DNA of 64,000 nucleotides from Candidatus Hydrothermarchaeum profundi (GTDB lineage Archaea; Hydrothermarchaeota; Hydrothermarchaeia; Hydrothermarchaeales; Hydrothermarchaeaceae): NCBI GenBank assembly GCA_002011125.2, contig MTMF02000009.1, positions 482,995 to 546,994 of the forward strand, read 5' to 3'. Shown piece by piece: positions 54,843 to 64,000 of this stretch (position 1 is its first letter; each line of letters starts with the position of its first letter). The notes under the pieces were generated by a model. It saw only the letters and a program-made list of their open reading frames with translations, ran no database searches and was not told where the DNA came from. The position numbers and the translations under genes were made by a program.

Positions 54843-56255
54843 ATGAAATTAAGGTTGAAGGAATTGGAGAAAGCCGAGAACGTGACCATTGAGCTAGGCG
54901 ATGACCTGGTCTGGGTGGGAGCAGAGAACGGCTTTTATAAAATAGACAGGGTAAGAAAGCAGGTATTGGAGAGGTTCCCTATAAGGGAGAGGGTTTTCCC
55001 GGAGAAGGAATCGGTAAGGGTGGCCATCGACGGCGACTGCGGGATACTTTGGCTCGCTGCCGAGGGGTGCGTGGTGAGGTTTGACGGGAGAGAACTCAGA
55101 AGGTTCACTCCTGAAGACGGGCTCCCAGAGGAGTCCCCTGACTGCATTGGAGTAGATGAGAGGGGAAGAGCATGGGTTGGCTACTCTGGGGTAATATGTT
55201 GGTTCGACGGAGCGAGATGGCACAGGGTGGAGCTGGAGTTCAAGCATTCCACGTTCACCCCGGGTGCAGATGTAATAGGTTTCGATGGCATGGGCGGGGT
55301 ATACGCGGCTGACACCCATGTGCTGTCCGTGGTTAAAGGAGAAACCTATGAGTGGGTGGTGCTTAATGAGGATTTCAACACGATTGATAGTGGCGACACT
55401 CCGGAATGCATTCACATAGCTGGTGATGGTTCGGTCTGGGTAGGCACATGGGGAAATGGAATGATAGTGGTAAAGGAAGGAGCCGTTAAAAGACTGGCTT
55501 CTGGGGGCTATGAGCGCGTTGAAAGTCCTCGGGGCATGAGAGAGGATTCAAAGGGCAATCTGTGGCTGTGCTGCAGTAGGAGCCTTTTCAGGATAGATAA
55601 ATTTAAAATAGAGGAGTACAGCCTTAGGGGCAAGATACCCGGGGTTGTGGTAGACTTCAGGGTGGACAAGGATGGCAATTTCTGGCTTCTTACCAAGCCC
55701 GGCAACGAAGTGCTGGTGTTGCCGCAGAGGGAGATTCTCGCCCCATTGGAGGTGAGAGAAGCGAAGGGGAAATTTAGCGGGCTTCCCGTGGTGAGGGTAA
55801 GCGGTTTCGAGTATGTTGATGCTAGCTTGAATGCGGATTTCTGGAGCACGAAGGAGCACAAGAGGATGGCGAGGATATGCATGAAAAAGTCTTTCGGGCT
55901 TTTTTTGCGCAAACTTTGGCTGTTTTTGGGCATACGCCTAAGAAAGGTAAACGAGGAAAAGCTGAGAGAAGCAGACGAGAAAGCCTTGGCTAAGCTCCGA
56001 GGGGAGGTAATGGAGGAGATGCTCAGGCTGGGGGAGAGGCTTAAGGAAAAAGGGCTGGAGAAGTGTCTGCGGGCTTTCATGGGTGCCCATGGCCTGGCAA
56101 TCCCTGCCCTTGCGGAGAGGATAAAGTACAGAGGCAGGGATGCCTGGGTCTTCGCGGCTAACTGGGGGTTCGGTTCTATGGATTATAGTCACATAATCTT
56201 GGAGGTAATAGATGAAGAAACAGGTGAGACGCTGTTCTCTGAGAGATGTAGATGA
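54843..56255 (+). CDS. Beta-propeller (Reg_prop-like) protein with C-terminal domain
   Basis: Repeated D-x-x-G-x-(L/V)-W blades (DERGRAWVG, GDGSVWVGT, DSKGNLW, DKDGNFW). Confidence 0.8.
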   Translation: MKLRLKELEKAENVTIELGDDLVWVGAENGFYKIDRVRKQVLERFPIRERVFPEKESVRVAIDGDCGILWLAAEGCVVRFDGRELRRFTPEDGLPEESPDCIGVDERGRAWVGYSGVICWFDGARWHRVELEFKHSTFTPGADVIGFDGMGGVYAADTHVLSVVKGETYEWVVLNEDFNTIDSGDTPECIHIAGDGSVWVGTWGNGMIVVKEGAVKRLASGGYERVESPRGMREDSKGNLWLCCSRSLFRIDKFKIEEYSLRGKIPGVVVDFRVDKDGNFWLLTKPGNEVLVLPQREILAPLEVREAKGKFSGLPVVRVSGFEYVDASLNADFWSTKEHKRMARICMKKSFGLFLRKLWLFLGIRLRKVNEEKLREADEKALAKLRGEVMEEMLRLGERLKEKGLEKCLRAFMGAHGLAIPALAERIKYRGRDAWVFAANWGFGSMDYSHIILEVIDEETGETLFSERCR

Positions 56256-56286
56256 TGAGTAAGCAGGCGAGGATTAAAACCAGAAA

Positions 56287-57831
56287 GTGAAGGCGATGAC
56301 CCATAGGCCCCTTGAACCTGATGTGGAGAAGATGAAGGCAAAAGGAGATGTTGCAGGGCTGATAGAAGCCCTCAGCTATGGGGACCCCGAGATTCGGATA
56401 AAGGTCGTGGGGACTCTAGAGGAGATGGATGTCAAAAAGACAATAAAGCCCCTCCTACATGCCTTAAAGGACCCCAAGGTCGAGTACTGGGCGGAGTTGG
56501 TTCTGAGGAGAATCGTTAACCCCCAGGTGATTGAGCCTTTGATTCAGGCATTGAAGGACGAGAATCAGCGGGTTCGCTGGCAAGCCAGCTTGCTCCTTGC
56601 GATAATAGGGGAACCCGCAGTAGGACCCTTAATAGAGGTCTTGGAGGATGAAAATCCAGATGCCAAGGAGTATGCCGCCTGGACTCTAGGGGAGCTCGAG
56701 GATAGAAGGGCGGTGAAACCTCTTATTAGGGCTTTAAAGGACGGGCATGGAGGGGTTCGGCGGAACGTTGCTATGGCTCTCGGGAAGATAGCAGATGAAA
56801 GAGCAGTGGAGGCGCTGATAGATACCCTGATGGACGAGGAGATGGAGGTTCGAGAGGAGGCAGCTCTGGCCCTGGGCAAAATAGGGGACGAAAGAGCCCT
56901 AAAACCCTTGCTTCTGCTCTTGGAGGAGGACGATGAGGAACTGCGAAAGGTTGTGGGAGAAGCCCTTGGAGGCTTAGGGAAGCCTGCGGTCGGGCCTTTA
57001 ATCCAAGCCCTGGAAGATAAAGACGACAGTATTCGATACATAGCGGCGGTGGCCCTGGGATTGATAAAAGATGCTGGGGCGGTGAAGCCTCTTATCCGGG
57101 CCCTCGATGACCCCGTGCCCCGAGTCAGGTCAAGGGCAGCCCGGGCCTTGGGAAACATCGGTGACAAAAGAGCAAGAGAGCCTCTCCTCAAGGCCCTGAA
57201 GGACGGAGATGTGGAAGTAAGGCGGGACGCAGCAGATTCCCTTAGCAGGATAGGGAGCACGGAGGTGGTGGAGGCCCTGGTTCAGGCACTGAAGGATGAG
57301 GATAAGTGGGTTCGGACGCATGCTGTCTGGGGGCTTGGCAGGATAAGGCGCGGGGGAGTAGTGGAGCCCCTTATTGGTGCTCTGAAAGATAGAGACGGGT
57401 GGGTCCGGTGGAGCGCCGTTCAAGCTCTGGGAGAATTAGGCGATAAAAGAGCCGTAGAGCCCCTGATACGCGCTTTGGAGGAAGACGAGGACGTTAGCGT
57501 TCGGAGCTTTGCTGCCATTGCTCTCGGGAAGATAGGGATGAAAGAAGCGACAGGGGCTTTAATCAAGGCTCTAAAAGATAAAGACTGTGAGGTCAGATAT
57601 TGGGCTGTGTGGGCTCTTGGAGAGATCAGAGGCAGGAAAGCCATAGAACCGCTAATCCAGGCGCTAAGGGATGATGACTGGGGTGTCAGGTCCGAGGCAG
57701 CCCGGGTTCTTGGAGAGATTGGAAGCAAGAAGGCTGTGGAGGCCCTGCGCAGAGCCCTGGAGGATGAGGATGAAGGGGTACGGCGCGCTGTGGAGGAGGG
57801 TCTTAGATTTTCGTCTCTGGAACTGAGGTGA
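56287..57831 (+). CDS. HEAT-repeat (PBS lyase-type) protein
   Basis: About 15 copies of AVEPLIxALxDxDxxVRxxAAxALGxIG. Confidence 0.93.
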   Translation: MKAMTHRPLEPDVEKMKAKGDVAGLIEALSYGDPEIRIKVVGTLEEMDVKKTIKPLLHALKDPKVEYWAELVLRRIVNPQVIEPLIQALKDENQRVRWQASLLLAIIGEPAVGPLIEVLEDENPDAKEYAAWTLGELEDRRAVKPLIRALKDGHGGVRRNVAMALGKIADERAVEALIDTLMDEEMEVREEAALALGKIGDERALKPLLLLLEEDDEELRKVVGEALGGLGKPAVGPLIQALEDKDDSIRYIAAVALGLIKDAGAVKPLIRALDDPVPRVRSRAARALGNIGDKRAREPLLKALKDGDVEVRRDAADSLSRIGSTEVVEALVQALKDEDKWVRTHAVWGLGRIRRGGVVEPLIGALKDRDGWVRWSAVQALGELGDKRAVEPLIRALEEDEDVSVRSFAAIALGKIGMKEATGALIKALKDKDCEVRYWAVWALGEIRGRKAIEPLIQALRDDDWGVRSEAARVLGEIGSKKAVEALRRALEDEDEGVRRAVEEGLRFSSLELR

Positions 57832-57884
57832 GATAGCATGCTGTAGGTTCTGCGTGGCAGGTACATATAGCGAGGGGTAATGAA

Positions 57885-58340
57885 ATGGGAAGGTTAATTT
57901 ATGCTGGATTAAACGGAGAAGCCGTTTGGAAGTATGTCCCCATAGTTCAGGACAGCGAGCAATACAGGATTGCAGAGGAGCTTGGGATAGGGAGAATGGA
58001 ATACCCCCTGAGCAGGGTCCCTTACTGCAGGCACAAGAAACATGAGGAAGAGGAGTGCCCGGAGGAGTGCGAGTGGGACGACTGCCCCTTCGCCGGAGAT
58101 ATACTGTTTCTTCGGAGGGATGACCTGCCAAGGCTCAAGAAAGCCCTGGAGCCGCACCTCGGGGAAATCGAGAAGTACGAGAAGGAGCGTGGAGACAGAG
58201 ATTCCATCCGGGTTAGAAGGCTCATAAATCTTACAGAGAAATACCCAGACATCCACTTCTGGAGGATGGTGAAGGCAATTGTCGAGTATATGGAGAGAAC
58301 GGACTTGGACGCTTATGAGTTCTGGGGAGAATACGAATGA
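57885..58340 (+). CDS. Hypothetical protein (immunity-like)
   Basis: GAGGGG SD; acidic 151 aa ending EFWGEYE. Confidence 0.7.
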   Translation: MGRLIYAGLNGEAVWKYVPIVQDSEQYRIAEELGIGRMEYPLSRVPYCRHKKHEEEECPEECEWDDCPFAGDILFLRRDDLPRLKKALEPHLGEIEKYEKERGDRDSIRVRRLINLTEKYPDIHFWRMVKAIVEYMERTDLDAYEFWGEYE

Positions 58341-58360
58341 CCCGTCCATGGTGAGGTAGC

Positions 58361-59173
58361 ATGGGGACGTACCACGCAATAGCTCCGGTTGACTGGTCCA
58401 AACTCTGGAGGGAGGTCATGCCCTCGTGGTACCGGTGCTTGAAGGGGAAAGACCTGAAAACCTTTGCAGACACTTTTGTCAAGGACCGGAGGGAGTACGA
58501 TGATATCAACGATACCTTCTTCACGGAGGTGTTGGAGGAGTGGCATAGGGTATTGAAGACCCTGCCCGACGGGTGGCATGCTGACTTTGACTGGCTGTCC
58601 CGGTCAGGGATATTCCGTGCCTTCCGCTGCGAGGGGTACGCGCACCAGGAATACATAGAGGAACTGGATGCAACGGACCTTCTAATCAATGCGGTGGTTC
58701 AGCACGCCGGGGTTGTGCTCTCTGGGAGAGACAGGTTTTCCTTCTCGCCCTATGACAGGTTCTATAGCAAGTTGCACGACTACCCAGAGATACAGGTGGG
58801 CTGGCACTAAGAACATGTACTTCTTCCTCGACGTGCTGTTTCATCGAAGGGAGGTTAAAAAGGGATTCGTCTACGAGGACCGGGGCGTCGTGGATAAGGA
58901 AATCATTGACCTTTTGAGGTACCTGCTTTTTGGGTCCGCACCCTACCCGGGTCGATTCTCTGCCCCGCCGGTTGCGACTGGCCCTGGGGAAACATATGGA
59001 TAATCCAGGGGTATCTCCTGCCCGGGGAGGCGAAAAAGCTGAGCTCCTACTGGGCCGAGATAACCAAGCACATGAATCCGGAGGAGGACGAGCTTTCCAC
59101 AATATTCTGCGACTGCGTACAGCGTTCAGCCAGGGCGAACGCAGGCTTAATCACCCTTTATGATAGCTTGTAG
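58361..59173 (+). pseudogene. Doubly frameshifted hypothetical gene
   Basis: Three consecutive frames join: ...YPEIQV/AGTKNMYFFLD...GPGE/IWIIQGYLLPGEAKKL...ANAGLITLYDSL*. Confidence 0.65.
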
Positions 59174-59372
59174 GAAAAACGGAAAACTTTTATCCTTCTT
59201 CAAAACGTCGAAGAATGTGGATGAGAGGTTCTCGACCGATTCGGTGGCAATCCTCGTTTAGACGTAGAGACTCCCAGTTCTTCTGTTCATTACCTACAAA
59301 ATCTGCGCACTTGATTGATAGAATCATAGTCCCCTAGCAACTTATAAGAACTCTCGAGGAGTATAAAAGCCC

Positions 59373-59786
59373 ATGGGAAAAAACCTCCTTGTCAGCCTGA
59401 ACCTGGGTTCTGCAATCGCCGGGGAAGCCGAGCCGGTTTACTTTGAAGACCAGGAGCTAGAGGAGCTCAGGAGAGCTACTGGCAAAAAGCCTGGCTTCCG
59501 CTTTCTCCGGGAGGTGCTGTTCTCTCCCGCCTCCGAGGTGCCCCCTGAGAGCCTGCCGAGGCTTATCAGGGACTTAGCCGGGCTGTTGCTTCCCTACTAC
59601 GGGCTCTCCCGGAGGAGCAGGGGCATCGTGATAGAGCTTATAACCAGGGCGGCGGACGCCATCGAAGAAAAAGATGCCCTCTGCCTCTGGGACAGCGACG
59701 CCGTGGGCAAGATAGACTATGAGAAGGCCGTAAAAAAGGTTGAAGATTTCTATCCAGAGAAGGAGAAGGGCAGGGACATAAAATAG
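59373..59786 (+). CDS. Hypothetical protein (immunity-like)
   Basis: 137-aa ORF with an upstream TATA (TTATAA) at leaderless spacing. Confidence 0.68.
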   Translation: MGKNLLVSLNLGSAIAGEAEPVYFEDQELEELRRATGKKPGFRFLREVLFSPASEVPPESLPRLIRDLAGLLLPYYGLSRRSRGIVIELITRAADAIEEKDALCLWDSDAVGKIDYEKAVKKVEDFYPEKEKGRDIK

Positions 59787-59787
59787 G

Positions 59788-60283
59788 GTGATAAGTTTGA
59801 ATATAACCATTAGAGATGTGGACGAAAAGGTCTTCAGGGAATTTAAGGCTGAGGCGATGAGGGATGGAACACGCCTTAGGGGAGCGCTAACAGATTGATG
59901 AGATACTTTATGGTGGTTAGATGGCAGTGTTCATCGACTCCAGCGCGTTCATAGCGTACTACAACAGAGGGACCTCCGCCACAGAGCCTCAGGGAATTAA
60001 TAAAGAATTGCGTTAAGGGAGCCTTTGGGGAGTTCTTCACCTCTGACTACGTGGTTCGAGAGGCAGTCACCGTAACGCTCCTTAAAACCGGCTTGAAGAG
60101 AGCCGTTGAACTCGGGGATTACCTATTAAACTCGGAGGTCACATTACTCGAAGTTGACGGAGACATCTTCAAAGAGGCTTGAGAGGAGTTCAAGACACCG
60201 AGGCTAAGCTTCACGGGATAGACAAGATTCTGACATTTGACAAGGGATTCAAAGGAATAAAAGGGATAAAAGCCATACTCTAG
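59788..60283 (+). pseudogene. Degraded VapBC toxin-antitoxin pair
   Basis: NITIRDVDEKVFREFKAEA (antitoxin); MAVFIDSSAFIAYYN from 59921...TSDY...ILTFDKGF (PIN) with frameshifts and an internal TGA. Confidence 0.8.
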
Positions 60284-60292
60284 GGAGTAATT

Positions 60293-63200
60293 TTAATCCA
60301 AAAGTTGCTCCAGGAGGGTCCTATACGCCTCAGAGGGCTCAACTCCTGAGAGCTCTATCAATTCCTTCAAATCCTCTATCCATCCCTTCCGTACGTAAGT
60401 CCTGTACATCTCTCTGAGGAATTCTTCTGGGAACTCGGGTTCGATGCCGGTAACCCATATCCAGTCCGCGACTCTACTTGCCCATCCCCTCTTCACCAGA
60501 GCTCTGTATCCCTTCTGGATGGTTTTCTCCGAGGGTTTAACCCCCGTTGCCTCTGCTAGGGCTTCTAGTTGGTCAAACTCTAGGTTCCGCATAATGGCGA
60601 TATATCTTTTTTGAACGAGCTCCCCGGGAAGCTCTGGTTCGACTCCTGTCAGCTCCACTAACTCTTTAAAGATATCCGGGTTTCCCCTCTCTAGGAACAT
60701 CCTGTAAACTTTTTGAAGGGTCTCCTCATGGGGGCTGGTTAGGGTAACCTCTACCAGAAATTTCACGCTGGTGTCCCAGCCCTTCCGTAGGTAGGTTTTA
60801 TATATCTCCTGGAGGAATTCTTCTGGGAACTCGGGTTTAACCCCTGTGGCTATAACCAGTTCCTTGAAAAACGGCAGCCACCCCTTCTGCACTAGAGCCA
60901 TGTAGCCTTCCTGCACGATCTCCTCAAAGGGCTCTACCCCCGTGAATTCTCTAAACCTTTTAAACTCATCTGGCCATCCCTCAGCCACGACGTTTATGTA
61001 CGCCTCTTGGATAAACTCCTCGGGCAACTCCGGCTCAACCCCAGTAACCTCCTTTAACTCCTCTAGGAGATACATCGGCCTCCCCTCTTCGATGAAAGTT
61101 CTGTACACTCTCTGAACAGTTTCTCCTGGTAACTCTGGCTTAACTCCCGTAATCTCTACCAGATACACCAGGCTACTGGACCATCCCCTCTCTACGATGG
61201 TTTCATAAGCCTCCTGGAGGAATTCTTCTGGGAACTCGGGTTTAACCCCGGTAGCTATTACCAGCTCTTTCAGCTGCTTTAGGCTTCCATCCCTTACGAG
61301 GTCCCTGTACACTTCTTGTAGGAGATCCTCCGGTGGCTTGACCCCTGTGGTGTCTATCAGCTCCTTGAAATGTTCGAACCACTCTGAGGGAGGCAGCCCT
61401 TCTTGTACGCTCCATTCTACGAGGCTCCGATATTTTTTCCTGACAGCGTCCTCCGATGGCTTAACCCCTGTACGCCTCATTAATGCACCCAGATGGGACA
61501 GCCAGCCCTTCTCTAGGAAGGTTTTGCAGGCCTCCTGGACGAAGTCCTCCGATGGCTTAACCCCGGTAAGCTCCATCAGCTCCCAGATATCGTTCAACCA
61601 CACTTCCTGCAGAAAGGTTTTATAGGTCTCCTGGACGAACTCCTCGGGCAGCTCTGGCTCTACCCCTGTGAGCTGCATCAGCGCCTCTACACCCGAGATG
61701 TTTCTTTCCAGCACGAAGTCTCTGTATTTCTCCTGGATCTTTCCTATGAGCATTTCTTTGTCTATGCCACGGGACTCGGCATAGGCAAAAAATCCCGAAG
61801 CCAAGGTAAAAAGTTTCAAAAGCCACTCCAGGAGGCTTCTGCCAGGCTTGATTCCTGTGAACTCCATTAATTCCTTCAAGCTCTTTGGCTTCCCTTTTTG
61901 TATGAGGTTTGTATAGGCTTTCTGAATAAAATCCTCCGAGAGTCTGGGCTCAATCCCCGTGGCTTTCACCAGTTCTTTTAGATAACTTATCTGTCCATTC
62001 ACCACCAAAGCCTTGTATCCCTCTTGAACCACCTTCTCCGACGGTTTAATCCCTGTGGCCTTTATCAGTTCCTTGAATTCGCGGATTTCATTAAGCCAGC
62101 AAATCCTCGTCATTTTCGCTATAAAAAGCGAATACTGTTCTTGGACAAAGCCCTCGGGTAACCTTGGTTTAACACCCGTGGATTTTGCCGCATCTTTAAG
62201 GCGCTTTAGGTTTCTGCCGATTGAATGGCGCTCCGTGCACGCTAATCTTACGCATTCCTTGTAGCACTCTTGGATGGCTTCATCCTCCAACTCGATTCCC
62301 AGAGCTCTGGCCGCGATTATAAAATCGTACACTCTGTGTCTTTGCTTGCAGCTCCGGTAGATTTCCTGAATATTTTCCTCCATCAGCTTGGTCCCTGTAA
62401 CTTCTGCTATAATCACGAAATCGCACAGCCTGTTTCCCTTCTTGTATTTCTGGTAGACTTCTTGCAGGAAGGCGTTAGAGAACTTGGGCTTGATCTCTGT
62501 AACTTTTACGAATTCCCTTAACCCGGGCAAATCACATCCGCCCTTCAGAGCGAGATATTCATATGCCTCCTGAACCACTCGCTCAGCCGGGTCTATCCTC
62601 ACAAACTCCTTAAACTCTCTAAAGCGCTCCACCCCTTGGTACTTCATAATGTACTTGTACCTTCTCTGAACATCTCCCCAGCGTATCTTGAATCCTGTTA
62701 CCTCCACCAGTTCTTTTATCACCCAAGGAGGAGCATGCCCTTCTCCCACCAGAACTTGATAAGCCCTACGAACAGCTTCCTCGGATAACCTGGGCTTGAC
62801 CCCTGTAAGTTCGATGAGGTATTTTAAGCTGCCCGACCATGTATCCCTTATAATAGCTTTGTATGCTCTCTGGAGGAATTCCTCTGGGAACTCGGGTTTT
62901 ACCCCTGTGGCTATTATGAGTTCTTTCAGTGGTTTCAAGCTTCCATCCCTTACGAGGTCCCTGTACACTTCTTGTAGGAGATCCTCCGGTGGCTTGACCC
63001 CTGTGGTGTCTATCAGCTCCTTGAAATGTTCGAACCACTCTGAGGGAGGCAGCCCTTCTTGTATGCTCCATTCTACGAGGCTCCGATATTTTTTCCTGAC
63101 AGCATCCTCTGATGGCTTAACCCCTGTACGCCTTATCAGTGCTTTTAGGTGAAGGAAGCACTCCTGCTTCAAGAAGGTTTTGCAGGCCTTCTGGACGAAC

Positions 63201-63463
63201 TCCTCCGATGGCTTAACCCCGGTAAGCTCCATCAGCTCCCAGATATCATCTACCCGCTCTTTCCGGAGATAGCTTCTGTACGCCTCCTGGACGAACTCCT
63301 CGGGCAGCTCTGGCTCTACCCCTGTGAGTTGCATCAGCGCCTCTACACCCGAGATGTTTCTTTCCAGCACGAAGTCTCTGTATTTCTCCTGGATCTTTCC
63401 TATGAGCATTTCTTTGTCTATGCCCTTGGACTCGGCGTAGGCTAGCAAATCCAAAGGTAACAT
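60293..63463 (-). CDS. 1056-aa helical repeat protein (~35-40-aa 'ELxExTGVKP...EExVQxxY' unit)
   Basis: About 25 or more imperfect repeats; large internal duplication. Confidence 0.85.
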   Translation of the reverse strand: MLPLDLLAYAESKGIDKEMLIGKIQEKYRDFVLERNISGVEALMQLTGVEPELPEEFVQEAYRSYLRKERVDDIWELMELTGVKPSEEFVQKACKTFLKQECFLHLKALIRRTGVKPSEDAVRKKYRSLVEWSIQEGLPPSEWFEHFKELIDTTGVKPPEDLLQEVYRDLVRDGSLKPLKELIIATGVKPEFPEEFLQRAYKAIIRDTWSGSLKYLIELTGVKPRLSEEAVRRAYQVLVGEGHAPPWVIKELVEVTGFKIRWGDVQRRYKYIMKYQGVERFREFKEFVRIDPAERVVQEAYEYLALKGGCDLPGLREFVKVTEIKPKFSNAFLQEVYQKYKKGNRLCDFVIIAEVTGTKLMEENIQEIYRSCKQRHRVYDFIIAARALGIELEDEAIQECYKECVRLACTERHSIGRNLKRLKDAAKSTGVKPRLPEGFVQEQYSLFIAKMTRICWLNEIREFKELIKATGIKPSEKVVQEGYKALVVNGQISYLKELVKATGIEPRLSEDFIQKAYTNLIQKGKPKSLKELMEFTGIKPGRSLLEWLLKLFTLASGFFAYAESRGIDKEMLIGKIQEKYRDFVLERNISGVEALMQLTGVEPELPEEFVQETYKTFLQEVWLNDIWELMELTGVKPSEDFVQEACKTFLEKGWLSHLGALMRRTGVKPSEDAVRKKYRSLVEWSVQEGLPPSEWFEHFKELIDTTGVKPPEDLLQEVYRDLVRDGSLKQLKELVIATGVKPEFPEEFLQEAYETIVERGWSSSLVYLVEITGVKPELPGETVQRVYRTFIEEGRPMYLLEELKEVTGVEPELPEEFIQEAYINVVAEGWPDEFKRFREFTGVEPFEEIVQEGYMALVQKGWLPFFKELVIATGVKPEFPEEFLQEIYKTYLRKGWDTSVKFLVEVTLTSPHEETLQKVYRMFLERGNPDIFKELVELTGVEPELPGELVQKRYIAIMRNLEFDQLEALAEATGVKPSEKTIQKGYRALVKRGWASRVADWIWVTGIEPEFPEEFLREMYRTYVRKGWIEDLKELIELSGVEPSEAYRTLLEQLLD
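61214..63442. repeat. ~570-bp near-identical direct repeat (61214-61786 and 62870-63442)
   Basis: Constant 1656-bp offset checked at both ends. Confidence 0.9.
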
Positions 63464-63534
63464 GCTAATAGATTTTTAACGTGTAGAGTTAAAAGTTTTA
63501 TTGTATAAATGAAAAGAGTTTAAAACAAGGAGAA

Positions 63535-64000
63535 ATGAGGGCTGAGGAAAATACTGAAGATTTACTTAGGGCTTTGAAATCTGACGCAGATACTGTCCAA
63601 GCCCTAGAGGGAAAGAGGCTTGGAGTGTCTGAGCCTCACGCTTCTTCTGCCAGGCATCGCAAGATTATGTCATTCTTCATCCTGGGAGTATTGCCCATCT
63701 CCCTAGCGGGATTGATGGTGTTTTTCCTTGCCACAAGGGCACCGATGCTCCTCCTGCTCCTTATACTGCTCTACGGTCTTGAACTCCTATTATTTATCGT
63801 GTTCTCCTTTGACCTAAGTTCAGTCGTTAAAGGCAGCCTGGTGTTCAAGGCGTCTATGGTTGATATGAGGTCTAGAGGGCTAACCGAGATATCAAGGGAT
63901 GTCTGGAAGTATGGGCATTTGAAGATTCTCAGGTTGTCTCATAACCGCATCGCCCATCTGCCGCCAGAGATAGGTGAACTCGAGGACTTAGAGGAGCTTG
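63535..64000 (+). CDS. Membrane-anchored LRR protein (partial, runs off window)
   Basis: Manual translation MRAEENT..., two TM helices, ...LKILRLSHNRIAHLPPEIGELEDLEEL; missing from the ORF track. Confidence 0.85.
   Translation, partial: MRAEENTEDLLRALKSDADTVQALEGKRLGVSEPHASSARHRKIMSFFILGVLPISLAGLMVFFLATRAPMLLLLLILLYGLELLLFIVFSFDLSSVVKGSLVFKASMVDMRSRGLTEISRDVWKYGHLKILRLSHNRIAHLPPEIGELEDLEEL

Noticed and set aside
54894-58689. Long antisense ORFs (e.g. 56565-57260, 55508-56080, 57420-57866)
   Set aside because: Shadow frames of GC-rich repeat genes; Ser/Pro/Arg-rich with no motifs.
43900-60300. Integron attC-type sites between island genes
   Set aside because: No recurring GTTRRRY-bounded hairpin found by eye; genes are in mixed orientation; no integrase.
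48109-63463. Diversity-generating retroelement explanation for the duplications
   Set aside because: No reverse transcriptase in the window, and the differences between copies are not confined to adenines.

Overview
Archaeal chromosome segment. Split rpoB''/B' and rpoA'/A'', TFB, Cdc6, EF-1a/EF-2 and intron-containing tRNAs point to a euryarchaeal, Methanobacteria/Hydrothermarchaeota-like organism (inference). Layout: (1) 1-1.4 kb, cdc6/orc1 and an ORB-flanked replication origin; (2) 1.4-15.5 kb, housekeeping genes (glyS, secG, hemD, srp19, gar1, tfb, pyrF, dys); (3) tRNA-Tyr, then a 4.4 kb accessory stretch (HEPN-MNT and PIN toxin-antitoxin pairs) punctuated by decayed copies of the tRNA 3' end; (4) 5S rRNA, tRNA-Asp, tRNA-Lys and the rpoH-rpoB''B'A'A''-L30e-nusA-S12-S7-EF2-EF1a-S10-tRNA-Ser cluster; (5) a defence island between tRNA-Ser and tRNA-Leu (PLD-SNF2 helicase, N6A methyltransferase with a compositionally distinct TRD, Fic protein); (6) a >20 kb variable island after tRNA-Leu with small orphan ORFs, LRR/HEAT/propeller/novel solenoid proteins, a ZU5-like 'HFS' exported protein with an AT-rich middle module, a double retropepsin protease, internal duplications and pseudogenes, resembling an archaeal poly-immunity/conflict locus. 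No integrase, transposase or CRISPR array was recognised. GC figures are hand counts of single 60-nt lines and are approximate. Family assignments are from motif recall, not database searches.
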